Virus record (IMG/VR): IMGVR_UViG_3300010157_000047
Span: 1-64,000 of that record
Reading direction: 5' to 3' (one strand)
DNA length: 64,000 nt
Source of the DNA: a virus
In this document: one piece after another, positions 1 through 10,439 of the stretch
Numbering within the stretch: the first letter of the stretch is position 1
Layout of the letters: each line of letters opens with the position of its first letter
Notes under the pieces: model-generated
What the model saw: only the letters and a program-made list of their open reading frames with translations
Told to the model about the DNA's origin: nothing
Database searches by the model: none
Translations under genes and position numbers: made by a program

Positions 1-3000
1 GGTGCTGTGGAGGCTGTGGCTGTTCCTGCCTTGATGTGAAGAACTGCTGTTGGATTGGTTCCTATGCCAATATTATTATTAGATTCGTAAATTTTAATTG
101 CATCAGTCGTAATAACACTATTATATATAAAAAATCTATTACCTCCAGCCTGTGTGTACCCAAATTGAAATTTGGGTACACCACTTACTCTAAAATCAAA
201 ATATTGATTATTGGTACCTGCACCTAAAGCGTTTAAAGCAACAAATGGAACAATAGATGCAGTACCATTTACTAATATTCCACCTGTTACATCTAATTTT
301 GACGCTGGATTTGTCGTCCCTATACCAACATTCCCATTCCCTAATACAGATAAAACATTACCCCCTACTAATGTATAAGCTAATCCTGATGCAGTGGTAG
401 AAAAAGCAACCGTAACAGTTAAACTTGTGTCTGATGCAATAGTGGCAATGGTTCTCACTGTTTCCCCACTTACAGTTATTGTGTCTCCTACTTTAAAGGT
501 ATTGGTAAATTGTGTGAATGTTCCTGTTAAAGTTATTGTGCCATTTGTTGCTACTGTACCTGCGCCTGTTGTACCTTGTGCTACTTGGAGATTAGCAGTA
601 GGTGATGTAAGTCCGATACCGACGTTGCCTCCTAATGGATTTAAGACTAAAGATCCAATAGCAGATAATCCACTAATATAAGATTGCCAACCATTATAAG
701 TATTACCTGTTGATGCTCCACGTATAGACCTCAACATACTACCAATACTAAAATTATCAAAATCTGTTGTAGCAGACATAATAAGTCCTCGTACGTCTAA
801 CGCCTGTGTTGGGTTAGAAGTCCTAATTCCAAAATTACCAGCACTATTTATTCTTGCAGCTTCAAAGAAACCAGTTGAATTACTATTAACCGAAAAAGCT
901 AAGTAAGAACTATAATCTGATGCACCGCTCTCTCTTCCTGCTTTTATTTTCCCAATCTGGTTAAATAAAGTGGAACTGCTTGTATGCGCCCCAAATGAGA
1001 TAGACCCTCCAACACCTGCCGCAGGTGTAGTTGAATCATTAATAGAAAGTATACCCGTAGCATTTGCTCCTGTGACATCTAATACTCCAGTTGGAGATGT
1101 TGTTCCGATACCGACGTTGCCGCTCTTTATTACTAGACTTGCCCCAGTTAATGCCGCAGTATCGGTTATTGTTCCGCCTAAGCCCATATCACCATTTTGC
1201 AACAAAGACATTCTATTATCCGTGTTGGTTTTCCAAACAAACTGGTCAACGATTCCATTATAAATAAGCCATTTTCTTGCGTTATTTATATAAAACTCAA
1301 AGCCCGGAGTAGTGGCGGTGTCAGCGTTGATTTTAACTCTCACATCAGAACCAGATGCCTTAATATTTCCTGCAACTTCTAACTTTTCACCTGGCCCCGT
1401 AGTCCCTATGCCTACGTTGCCATTATTTGTAATCCTCATCCTTTCAGTAGGCGTCGTTCCTGTAGAGAATCGAATATTTGCAGTTGAAGTATCGTTGAAC
1501 GCGGTAAATTGAAATCCACCAGCACCCGTATCTTCAAATATGCCAGCATTTTGACCATAACGTGCGGTGTTCCATGCTGCGTTGGAATTAGTTTGTAGGA
1601 AGTTTAACTGACCACCACCCGCCGCTATAATATTAAAACCAGCTGTTGATACACCAGTATCATCGTTTTGAATATTAAGATTGGCATTTCCTACTGAATT
1701 TTTATAAATATGCAAAAGGTTGGTTGGACTCGTCGTCCCTATTCCTATGTTGCCTGCTATTAATGTTCCCGTATAGTCCCCAGCTGTCCCGTTTCCAATA
1801 GCTATTTTAGCAGCACTCAAGCGAGAAAATGCGGTATCTACTGCACCGTACCAATTACTAGTTGAACTCCAATTCACAAGTGCAGTATTTTTAAGCGCGA
1901 CACCAAGACCATAAGCCACATTTTGATTTAGATACACAGTAGCATCGTCGTTTGTACCAATATAAGTCCCTGCTATAACACCATCTGACCTCAATCTCGC
2001 TGTTACCGTTCCACTATTATTCTGAACTTTTAGTACACCATCCGTGGGGCCAACACTTGACGCAGCTCCGCCCTTCAGCACTAACGTTGTCATTCCTATA
2101 CCCGGAGTCGTATCCTGCACAAACATAGTCTGTCCAGCGGTGCTACCACTCTGTGCAACCGTAAGTGAATACCCTGGAGCAGTAGTCCCTATTCCTAACC
2201 GTTTATTAGTATTATCCCAAAATAACCCATTATCACCTATCTCTGTAGTCGTGCCATTGAAAAATGCAACTTGACCACTTACGCCTGTTCCTGTGATGGG
2301 GTTAGTTAATGCTGTCTGACCGCCAAGGCCAGCTAATGTATATGTTGGGACATTTAAAGTGTTGCTTGACAATGTTGCAGAGCCACTGCTCCCTGTCGTT
2401 GTCAGTGAAGTTATCCTGTTAGTATATGCAGTGTTCCAATTTGAAGAACTTGCTATCCTTGAGTCAGCTAAAGTGCCAGACCAACCTAAAGTTAATGAAG
2501 TAGCTTGAAGCAAAGCAGTGGATGGAGTTCCCCCTAATGTTAACGTAACATTGGTGTCGTCTGTCTTTGTTAACGCTGATGGCGTATATGTTACTGGAAT
2601 AACTGTCAATGGAACAGGTACGGATGTTCTTACTGGATTAGTGCCTCCAAATTGAAACTGAAAACTAGGATTGCTTCCACCACTTATATGATTTCCGTAG
2701 AATTTAAGAACAATCATATCAGTGGCCAAAAATGAACCATCATTCCACAATGCGCTAGCACTAAATTCTGTATATCCAGAAGTAGCAACAGGTAAAGTGT
2801 TTCCAGAAGTAGTTATTAACGTTTCAGTTCCCCCATTAGTTCTTTTCCATACTTCAAAATAAAACTCAGCGTTTCCTGTGCCGCTTGTTTTTTGTATATT
2901 GCCAATAGTTGTAATATTAAATATTCCTGGATTTCCAACAATAATATTAGGATAACTGATTAGGCCAGCTATAAATTGATTTGATGCGACTATAGTTCCT

Positions 3001-4955
3001 GTTGGAATATTTACAGCAGTTGTGTTATAAAGTGGATCAGTTAAAGAAGTAACTAATCTGTAGTAGCTATTTATTCCGCTTGCTGCGTTTGTTGGGTATA
3101 AAGATATGTTTGATGGAAGATCCGCTAAAGATATAAAATGGCTTACGCCATTGTCTCCATCATTTATCAACTGACTCGTATTAGTTGGTACAGTTGGGAA
3201 AGTGATTAAAGATCCATTTCCTGCTATATATTGAGATGTTGTACCTGCGCCTGTTACTGCTATTGTTCCATTTGCTATCAATGGGCTATTAGTGACAGTA
3301 AATGCAGACGGCATCGATAAGCCAACAGACGTTATTCCACCATTTGCTATTGCCCAAGTGTTGTCTCCTCTAAGATAAGTAGAAGATGATGGCGTTCCTG
3401 TAGCAGAAAGATTGCTAATTCCAACTACTGAATTGGCTAACGTCGTTGCAATAGAAGTAGTCCCTGATCCTGTTACTGCTCCTGATAATGATATACTTTG
3501 GTTAGCAGTTAAATAGATATTTGTATCATATGAGATAGTGCCAGCAGTTGATTTGACAAACCCTGTTCCACTCAATGCGGCTTGTTTCCCGTTAAACGCT
3601 GACCAATCAGTAGTGCTTAGAACTCCTCTGTTAGAAGCAGACGCAGTAGGCACATTTAAGGTTATTACAGGAGTTGTTGTGCTGTTAGCTACAGTAGAAG
3701 ACAGATCAGTTCCTGTGGTTCCCAATGTTAAAGCAGCAACAGAAGTAACTGTTCCAGGATTTCCTGAGTATTGAGGAATATTTAAAGTTGCGCCAATCAA
3801 AGTTGCAGCACCTGAAGAGCCTGTTGTCGTTAAAGTTAAACTATTTTGTTTTAGCGCTAACTGATCATACACTAATTTTGCTGAAGGATATTGAGTGTTA
3901 GTTGATCCGCTGCTGATAGTGGTAACTTTGTTCGCTGAATCTTCAGGGACGTAGCTTATATTTGAATTTAATGTGTTCCAATTTGCAGAAGTCTGATTCG
4001 GGGTATCTGTGTTAGCAATGATAGAGTCTCCAATCTGAATAGCAGTTCCACCCAAAACGCCTGCTACACTAACAACCCACATATCACCTTTTAACACTGC
4101 CCCTGCAGTTCCTGATCCGCCAGATGATGGCCAAGTGTTTACGCTTGCATCATAAGCGCCTCTGTAATCTAACAGGCCAGCTACTAATCCGTCTGCGTAT
4201 GTCTTTACTGCTTTGGCTGAAGGATATTTTGTGTCGCTTGCCCCATCAACAGATATTGATGTTGATTTATTTGCTACATTTTCTGGCGTAAACCCTAACG
4301 CTATCTGTTTGCTGTTAAAGGTAATCCAATCGGTGCTTGACAATGCCCCTGTAAGTATGCTAGAGGCTAATTGAAGACTTAACGATTGCGTTGATAATGA
4401 TAATCCATTAGCAGTTCCAATACTTACTGCATTATGCCTTGCAGCAGTATTTGCAGCTACGTCAGTGTTTGAAGAAACTCTCGAATCAAGATAATACAAA
4501 TTTGTTCCTTCAGCAATGTCTGAGGTAGTTGCATCTGACCCTGACGTAACTAAACCTTTAGAGTCGTAAGTTATTTTAGTTTTAGTCGCCCCTGTTATTG
4601 CAGAATTTTCTGTTACTTTACCGTTAAAAGTCGACCAATCTGTTGAAGCTAAATAGCCATCAGAAACAGATGAAGCCGCGCCTAATTTTGTTTTTATTGT
4701 TGCATTAGTCTCGTCTCCTGTGTTAGTTCCTAAAATAAGATCTAATGCAGCTTTATTTGCATGAGTATGCAATGCATTATATGCAGCATTCCAATCATCA
4801 ATATCTAATAACGTAATACCATATGATGGTGACGCTGAAAATATTGGATCTGACTCAACAAATGAAATACCAGAAGATGTATCAAGATTACCACCAAGAG
4901 TCGCAGATGCATCTTTTACTGGGGAGTTCACATTATTTATTTGTCCTAATTGCAT
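1..4955 (-). CDS. Modular tail/head fibre protein, >1650 aa, 3'-truncated by the window edge (not in ORF track)
   Basis: ATG at 4955-4953 (MQLGQINNVNSPVKDASATLGG...). The same frame still reads at the left edge (...NNNIGIGTNPTAVLHIKAGTATASTA), and the track lists no terminated minus ORF here. T/G/S/A-rich, ~8 GNVGIGTTxP modules, STDWxxFNxK and LTTTGSSG repeats; lies downstream of portal. Confidence 0.88.
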   Translation of the reverse strand, partial: MQLGQINNVNSPVKDASATLGGNLDTSSGISFVESDPIFSASPSYGITLLDIDDWNAAYNALHTHANKAALDLILGTNTGDETNATIKTKLGAASSVSDGYLASTDWSTFNGKVTENSAITGATKTKITYDSKGLVTSGSDATTSDIAEGTNLYYLDSRVSSNTDVAANTAARHNAVSIGTANGLSLSTQSLSLQLASSILTGALSSTDWITFNSKQIALGFTPENVANKSTSISVDGASDTKYPSAKAVKTYADGLVAGLLDYRGAYDASVNTWPSSGGSGTAGAVLKGDMWVVSVAGVLGGTAIQIGDSIIANTDTPNQTSANWNTLNSNISYVPEDSANKVTTISSGSTNTQYPSAKLVYDQLALKQNSLTLTTTGSSGAATLIGATLNIPQYSGNPGTVTSVAALTLGTTGTDLSSTVANSTTTPVITLNVPTASASNRGVLSTTDWSAFNGKQAALSGTGFVKSTAGTISYDTNIYLTANQSISLSGAVTGSGTTSIATTLANSVVGISNLSATGTPSSSTYLRGDNTWAIANGGITSVGLSMPSAFTVTNSPLIANGTIAVTGAGTTSQYIAGNGSLITFPTVPTNTSQLINDGDNGVSHFISLADLPSNISLYPTNAASGINSYYRLVTSLTDPLYNTTAVNIPTGTIVASNQFIAGLISYPNIIVGNPGIFNITTIGNIQKTSGTGNAEFYFEVWKRTNGGTETLITTSGNTLPVATSGYTEFSASALWNDGSFLATDMIVLKFYGNHISGGSNPSFQFQFGGTNPVRTSVPVPLTVIPVTYTPSALTKTDDTNVTLTLGGTPSTALLQATSLTLGWSGTLADSRIASSSNWNTAYTNRITSLTTTGSSGSATLSSNTLNVPTYTLAGLGGQTALTNPITGTGVSGQVAFFNGTTTEIGDNGLFWDNTNKRLGIGTTAPGYSLTVAQSGSTAGQTMFVQDTTPGIGMTTLVLKGGAASSVGPTDGVLKVQNNSGTVTARLRSDGVIAGTYIGTNDDATVYLNQNVAYGLGVALKNTALVNWSSTSNWYGAVDTAFSRLSAAKIAIGNGTAGDYTGTLIAGNIGIGTTSPTNLLHIYKNSVGNANLNIQNDDTGVSTAGFNIIAAGGGQLNFLQTNSNAAWNTARYGQNAGIFEDTGAGGFQFTAFNDTSTANIRFSTGTTPTERMRITNNGNVGIGTTGPGEKLEVAGNIKASGSDVRVKINADTATTPGFEFYINNARKWLIYNGIVDQFVWKTNTDNRMSLLQNGDMGLGGTITDTAALTGASLVIKSGNVGIGTTSPTGVLDVTGANATGILSINDSTTPAAGVGGSISFGAHTSSSTLFNQIGKIKAGRESGASDYSSYLAFSVNSNSTGFFEAARINSAGNFGIRTSNPTQALDVRGLIMSATTDFDNFSIGSMLRSIRGASTGNTYNGWQSYISGLSAIGSLVLNPLGGNVGIGLTSPTANLQVAQGTTGAGTVATNGTITLTGTFTQFTNTFKVGDTITVSGETVRTIATIASDTSLTVTVAFSTTASGLAYTLVGGNVLSVLGNGNVGIGTTNPASKLDVTGGILVNGTASIVPFVALNALGAGTNNQYFDFRVSGVPKFQFGYTQAGGNRFFIYNSVITTDAIKIYESNNNIGIGTNPTAVLHIKAGTATASTA
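40..2230 (-). repeat. Repeated GN(V/I)GIGTTxP module junctions in the fibre
   Basis: Motif at ~60, 320, 615, 825, 1110, 1410, 1745, 2190; exact 18-bp DNA repeat tccgataccgacgttgcc at 612-629 and 1104-1121. Confidence 0.85.
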
Positions 4956-4965
4956 ATTAATTTAT

Positions 4966-5226
4966 TTAGTCTGACCAAACATCTTCAACTTTATCTCCAG
5001 TTAATCTATTATAAGCAGCTATAAGAATTCTAGTTTTAACAGTATCAAATGGATACATAGAATCTGTAGGGCTAAGCTCTTTAAGAGTTTCATAAACCAT
5101 AGCAATATAACCATCCTTATAATGATCTCCAGATGTGTATTTACCTTTTCTTAGCAATTTACATCTATTTGATGAATATGTAGAAAGTGAATTATCTAAT
5201 AATAATTTTATTTGACCCCAAGTCAT
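4966..5226 (-). CDS. Hypothetical protein, likely virion-associated
   Basis: 86-aa ORF co-oriented between portal and fibre. Confidence 0.6.
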   Translation of the reverse strand: MTWGQIKLLLDNSLSTYSSNRCKLLRKGKYTSGDHYKDGYIAMVYETLKELSPTDSMYPFDTVKTRILIAAYNRLTGDKVEDVWSD

Positions 5227-5237
5227 AGTAGTATTTT

Positions 5238-5771
5238 TTAAACTGATAATCTTTTAAATATGTCTATTTTCTCATATATTCCACTAGTATTAGCAGAGAC
5301 TATATCGGCAAGTAATCCCTGATATAGCATATTAACCATGCATGCATATTTAATCTCATTTGAATTTATTTCATATATTTGATTAACAGCATTATAGCAT
5401 ACAGTAGATTTTACAACCCATGAATTATAATAAAATACTTCAATACTCGTATAAGTATCTAATGCTGTATTTGCTATATCAATAGTAACGCTTAATATAT
5501 CATCTGGAATAATTTCATCTACACCAAACATCTCATAAGAAGTTATATCAATGTAAAAATCATCAACTAAATCAACTTCTGGATCTAATGACTTAGTAAA
5601 ACTAAGTGTTCCACCTGTAAAAATAGCTCCTCCGTCAAGGGCTGTAATCGTCAATGTTGCGCCAGTGGCATCATTGGGCATATAACCGGTCCAGTCGGTA
5701 GACGTGCTATATATTCTCATAGCATGACCGCTAGAGATAGTTGTTGTTGAGAATCCAAATACGGCTGCCAT
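5238..5771 (-). CDS. Hypothetical virion structural protein
   Basis: 177-aa ORF directly after portal, beta-rich N-terminus. Confidence 0.65.
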   Translation of the reverse strand: MAAVFGFSTTTISSGHAMRIYSTSTDWTGYMPNDATGATLTITALDGGAIFTGGTLSFTKSLDPEVDLVDDFYIDITSYEMFGVDEIIPDDILSVTIDIANTALDTYTSIEVFYYNSWVVKSTVCYNAVNQIYEINSNEIKYACMVNMLYQGLLADIVSANTSGIYEKIDIFKRLSV

Positions 5772-5774
5772 ATT

Positions 5775-8156
5775 TTATTTTTTAGAAGTAGTTGCTTTTT
5801 TCATGTTAATTTGTTCATTAGCCATATTAGATCTTCTATCTTCTGCTAATGCCATTGATTGTTGCGCCATATTATCCATATGCTTTTTCTTTTCAAGATC
5901 TACTTTAGATAAATCTGCACTAATATCTTTTTCTGGGGGACTCATTATACCAGCCACTTGTAGTTTAGTATCGTTGTCTCTTTGATTTAATTTATCTTCC
6001 AGTTCCATTTTATCTCTAGCCAATTGATCTTTTGCCGCTTCAATTTGCTGAATATGTTGCTGTTGCATTTGTTGCATTTCCTGCTCCTGTTGCATCTGCT
6101 GTTGCTTAGTCTGTTTGATTTGTTGTTCATCTCTTTCTATTATTTTCATATTTTCAGATACTGAAGTACTTGTAAATATTTTCATTATTGTAGAGAATGA
6201 CAATGTTTGATTTTGCAATGCAGCATGCGCTAGTTGATCAAGTTTCTGATCTAAATTATTAATTGAGTTTGAATTATCAACTATGATTCCAAAATCTGCT
6301 TCTGCAAATTCAGCACCACCAACCTCATACATTGCAATACTGTAATCATCAGATATACTTTGAAACTTTTTAGGATTATTTTTTAATGCAATCTTAGCTG
6401 TTTCAAGTAAACATTCTAAGCATCTTTTTTTAACATTATCATGAACTAAAAATAACTCCTCTGTAATATTAGCAGAAGCATTTACAGCTCTCTCAATACC
6501 ACCAACGGTTTCTGATGATTGTATTTGACCTTGACGTTGCTTAGATATACCGGCAATCTCAAACATTTCATTTTTAATCCACTCTAGTAAATGTAAATGA
6601 AATGTAATAGACTGAGAGTTATCTAAATTAAATACTCTACCAGTAGTATTATTTATTGTTCCAGCAAGTTTGCCAGTTGCAGCGCCCTTATTACCCTCTT
6701 TAAATGAATCCGTAGCAGCTATACCATCTTGTCTTAAGAAATGCATATATGCCTCTATATTCCATCCTTCAGGAATTTTTGCAATATCAACTTCAAGTAC
6801 TTGACCATATGATCTCATCATAGCCTTATTAAGCCTATCTGCTACAATTGTATATAAATATGCATAAGGCTTCATACGATCTATGATAGCTACTGGCTTA
6901 CTGTGATTAGTATTATATGTTTGACCAATAATTCCTAAATGACATTTAGATGGATTGCTAATTCTATTATATTGAATTTTTCGTGGACGCATATTAACAT
7001 ATACATCCTTACCAATTTTTACGCCTTCCCATGCTTCATTAATCCAATAATCAGTAGTTTCTTCGCCTTTTGCTTTGTCTGCAACATAATCTTCCGATAC
7101 AAATGTAGATTCTTCCTCTCCTGTCTTATCATTATAGTATTTTAATTTTTTAACTTTCCGTAATGATTTCCACCTAACACGAAGAACCCTTATGTTTCCA
7201 TTTCCATCATAATAGTTTGAAAATGTTCTTCCCATTGCACCAGCAAAATAAACCATTTGATCTATTGAATTTGCTTCATCTCCAACAGCTGGAGTATATA
7301 TCATTGATGCTCTTTCATCTATATTATCCATTGCATCCACTTTGGCAATGGTATTAGTTTTTTGAATAGCATCCATATCTTCTTCTGATAATTCATCAAA
7401 ATACGTATCTACTATTCTTCCTGGACTCCAATAATCATACATTATAATAAGATCTGCATCCTCCGCTTTAGACGAAAATCCATTCCTTAATATAAATACT
7501 TTACGGGGGTTGAGTCTCTCAAATGTAGGTTCCCCCTGAACAATATCAAAATCATACATTTCTTCACCGGCAATAGCAACATCTTTCATTCCTTGATTCC
7601 ATAAGATCCTCATATCAAGTTCTTTGATATAATGATTCAAAATGAAATTAGCTGATCTTTCTCTTGCGTCTTGCCAGGTATATGAAAAGAAATCCCCGTG
7701 TTCTTGTAATTTTTTTTGAAAATCCTCTTCGCTAATTGATTCATTTTTAATTAATTCCGAAAACACAGCGTCTAGCTCCTGTACCTTTTGTTGTTCTTTT
7801 TCTGATATTGCATTATAATTGGATACTATTGCTCTAAATTCAAATCGACGTTTGGCCTCTTCTCCGACAATTACATTGATCGGAGAGTTGACTATAGAAT
7901 AATATTGTATGTTATCTGGTATGAATCCATCAGAATCTATTGCATAAGGATTCATTACTAATTTCATATCAGAAAGATGGATCTTTCCATCAAATAAGTC
8001 ATAGTTTATTTTTTTATGCCTAAGTGATTGTCTGACATTATTGTCATACATCATAGAGCTCATATCGGCCCAATCAATATTCTCCTTGCGCCATTTTTTA
8101 TTTTTCTTTGACGATGGTAGTTTTTGAATTGGAAATCCGCTGGGAAAATTATACAT
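5775..8156 (-). CDS. Portal protein (crAss-like)
   Basis: 793 aa; N-terminal FPxQKLP..KK.K.W; Q-rich coiled-coil C-terminus (QRQGQI, QQQMQQEQ); directly downstream of TerL. Confidence 0.9.
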   Translation of the reverse strand: MYNFPSGFPIQKLPSSKKNKKWRKENIDWADMSSMMYDNNVRQSLRHKKINYDLFDGKIHLSDMKLVMNPYAIDSDGFIPDNIQYYSIVNSPINVIVGEEAKRRFEFRAIVSNYNAISEKEQQKVQELDAVFSELIKNESISEEDFQKKLQEHGDFFSYTWQDARERSANFILNHYIKELDMRILWNQGMKDVAIAGEEMYDFDIVQGEPTFERLNPRKVFILRNGFSSKAEDADLIIMYDYWSPGRIVDTYFDELSEEDMDAIQKTNTIAKVDAMDNIDERASMIYTPAVGDEANSIDQMVYFAGAMGRTFSNYYDGNGNIRVLRVRWKSLRKVKKLKYYNDKTGEEESTFVSEDYVADKAKGEETTDYWINEAWEGVKIGKDVYVNMRPRKIQYNRISNPSKCHLGIIGQTYNTNHSKPVAIIDRMKPYAYLYTIVADRLNKAMMRSYGQVLEVDIAKIPEGWNIEAYMHFLRQDGIAATDSFKEGNKGAATGKLAGTINNTTGRVFNLDNSQSITFHLHLLEWIKNEMFEIAGISKQRQGQIQSSETVGGIERAVNASANITEELFLVHDNVKKRCLECLLETAKIALKNNPKKFQSISDDYSIAMYEVGGAEFAEADFGIIVDNSNSINNLDQKLDQLAHAALQNQTLSFSTIMKIFTSTSVSENMKIIERDEQQIKQTKQQQMQQEQEMQQMQQQHIQQIEAAKDQLARDKMELEDKLNQRDNDTKLQVAGIMSPPEKDISADLSKVDLEKKKHMDNMAQQSMALAEDRRSNMANEQINMKKATTSKK

Positions 8157-8183
8157 ATATATTATATATTAACTTTATTCTTG

Positions 8184-8191
8184 CAAAAATA
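8184..8191 (-). promoter_or_regulatory. Bacteroidota sigma70-type -7 box upstream of portal
   Basis: TATTTTTG on minus strand matches TAnnTTTG, 28 nt before portal ATG. Confidence 0.55.
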
Positions 8192-8208
8192 TTAATTATT
8201 ATAATCTA

Positions 8209-10437
8209 CTACAATTCATTGAAGAAATCGCCCCTCTTATAGCTTAAAGTTCCTCTACTATTTCGTATAAAATAGTCATCAAATTGTAGTCCTATATTTA
8301 CAGTTTTCTCAGAGTTCATCGCATTTTCTATAAACTTTTGACGATCCTCTCTAATTAACATTAGCATACCGCATGCACTAATCCTATCAAAGTTTCCATT
8401 TGCATTATATTTCATAGCTTCAAGCAGTAATCCAATTGATCTTATTTTATGTAAATTCAAGACAGTCTTGCCTTCAGAATTTTCATTGTATGCATTAGAT
8501 AGCATCCAATCTGCAAGTAATCTTCTTCCTCGTGCATTGATAAATCTACCAGAGTTAGTACCTTTGGATTTATTTCCATATAAGTTACCACGAACCATCT
8601 CCACATCTTTTAATGATTGCAATGTATCACTCAATAAATACAAGCAATTTTTTCTATCAAAATATTGAAATAATCCTTTTTTATCATTCTCATAATTTCC
8701 TACTGCATTGTAGTAAATAAGCATTCTTCTGCATATCTCAAAGAAGTCATTTGCAAATTTAGACCTACCAGTATATTCAGCAACTATTCTATCAGTAAAT
8801 AAATCCAATATAAATATAGATCCCAATGATACTGTATTACTTGAATCATCATCAAATGGGTCAATACCAGCAACATATCTCCCACGTTGAGGAGCTCCAT
8901 TAACCATGAATGGTCTTTCAAATATTTCTATTGCACCCTCATGCTTATTATCTTTTAATGGGAATTCCCTAATTGGTTTACTAAATGCTCCAACTCTCCA
9001 ATCTATTTTGCCTTCCTTATTAAATATAAGATCCCCAATATAATGAGGTCCTACAAACTCATCTAATGCTGGCATAATTCTTTCCAAATATTCTCTAATA
9101 TCAGCAACAGGAAATATGGTACCATCTATTCTCATCATGCTATCCTGTGGTGTCACAGGATACTCAGCCTTACGTTGAGTCAATGCCATTGGATCTGATG
9201 AGCTTTTGCGTATTCTATCTAATTCTATAAATAAATCTTTCAATGATTTTGTTACGTCAGGCATTCCGTTTTCATCATAGCAATTTGCCCTATTCAAATA
9301 TGCTCCCCAGAAAAATCCACAAGTACCAGCGCCATTAGTGTTTCTATCATATACATTAGGAAGAGGCATTATATTATAAGATGCTGGATAGTAAAACATA
9401 TCTTCAGCACCCTCAAAATCTGCGCCAACTGTACCACCAGTACCGCCAGCCATCAATTGAGCAAATACATTATCACCATCCTCAACAGATGCCCTGCAGA
9501 CCGCCCACGCTTTCTTTATATGTGGATATGCTCCATACTCTTCAAATATAATATCACCACGTTTACCTCGAATCTTATCTGGATCATCTTTTGTAGATAT
9601 ACCAGTTATACCAGACTTCATTCCTTTTAATGCGCCAGTACGAATATCTTTATATCCAATATGTTTTTCTAACTTAGTATCTATATTTTTCAATCTTGGG
9701 AATGGTGTATTCTGAGCCAAGAAGTCTAGATAGTCCCAGGACTTCGTTAGAATGCCATCCTTGATAAGATATTGCATATCATTGGCAACATAGAAGGTCT
9801 CTGATTTGGCTTTAAATAATGCGTTCCTAGGGCCAATAGAACCCATCTTAAATGAACTACCAATACCACGTACTTTCATTAGTTCAATATGCTGGCCTAA
9901 TTGTTCTGCTTGATCTTTATAATGAAAGAATAAATAGTCTCCAAGCCACATGTCACCAAAATCATGAATACGTTCTGATCGTTTACTATTTTCTTTTACT
10001 CTTTTAGTTTTCATAATTGGACAATAATTCCAATACCAATATAGCCCTCCAGGGATCCACTCTCCATCATCTCTAATTAATCCATCACGAATCCTTCTTT
10101 TTTCCTCCTGCCAAAATAAAAAGTAGGCTGATTTAGGATGTTTATTATTAGGGAATAATGTATAATATCCATGCTTTCTATAATGTTCTGCTGCCTTATT
10201 AAAATAAGACATATTAACAAGCTTATGTGGATTAGTGACATCTACTATTATCTTCCCATATTCATCCTTCTCAAGCTCCTCTACAGACAGCATATGAGGA
10301 CTTATAAGCTTCTGTATAAATATTACTTCATCAACAGCAGCATTAATCTCCTCTTGTATATCTTTATTAATATCCTTATAGAACATTTCGTCCATAGGAG
10401 TATTATAAGAATTAGTTTTTCTAAATGTTTCAATCAT
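8209..10437 (-). CDS. terL: Terminase large subunit
   Basis: ATPase motifs KVRGIGSS, IRGKRG, IIFEEYG, GGTGG; RNase H-like nuclease YVAGIDPFDDD...YEND...NFDRIS. Confidence 0.93.
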   Translation of the reverse strand: MIETFRKTNSYNTPMDEMFYKDINKDIQEEINAAVDEVIFIQKLISPHMLSVEELEKDEYGKIIVDVTNPHKLVNMSYFNKAAEHYRKHGYYTLFPNNKHPKSAYFLFWQEEKRRIRDGLIRDDGEWIPGGLYWYWNYCPIMKTKRVKENSKRSERIHDFGDMWLGDYLFFHYKDQAEQLGQHIELMKVRGIGSSFKMGSIGPRNALFKAKSETFYVANDMQYLIKDGILTKSWDYLDFLAQNTPFPRLKNIDTKLEKHIGYKDIRTGALKGMKSGITGISTKDDPDKIRGKRGDIIFEEYGAYPHIKKAWAVCRASVEDGDNVFAQLMAGGTGGTVGADFEGAEDMFYYPASYNIMPLPNVYDRNTNGAGTCGFFWGAYLNRANCYDENGMPDVTKSLKDLFIELDRIRKSSSDPMALTQRKAEYPVTPQDSMMRIDGTIFPVADIREYLERIMPALDEFVGPHYIGDLIFNKEGKIDWRVGAFSKPIREFPLKDNKHEGAIEIFERPFMVNGAPQRGRYVAGIDPFDDDSSNTVSLGSIFILDLFTDRIVAEYTGRSKFANDFFEICRRMLIYYNAVGNYENDKKGLFQYFDRKNCLYLLSDTLQSLKDVEMVRGNLYGNKSKGTNSGRFINARGRRLLADWMLSNAYNENSEGKTVLNLHKIRSIGLLLEAMKYNANGNFDRISACGMLMLIREDRQKFIENAMNSEKTVNIGLQFDDYFIRNSRGTLSYKRGDFFNEL

Positions 10438-10439
10438 AA

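Noticed and set aside
36-3774. Plus-strand ORFs in the first 4 kb
   Set aside because: Antisense shadows of the fibre gene (recurrent VVPIPTLP is the reverse reading of GNVGIGTT)
1-4955. Diversity-generating retroelement targeting the fibre
   Set aside because: No reverse transcriptase or TR/VR pair visible; the fibre C-terminus is outside the window
4966-8156. Absence of major capsid gene next to portal as an anomaly
   Set aside because: Fibre genes between portal and capsid occur in other crAss-like phages; the capsid gene probably lies outside the window
8209-10437. Intein or intron in terminase, helicase or RNAP
   Set aside because: ORFs are continuous, of ordinary length, and show no intein or homing-endonuclease motifs
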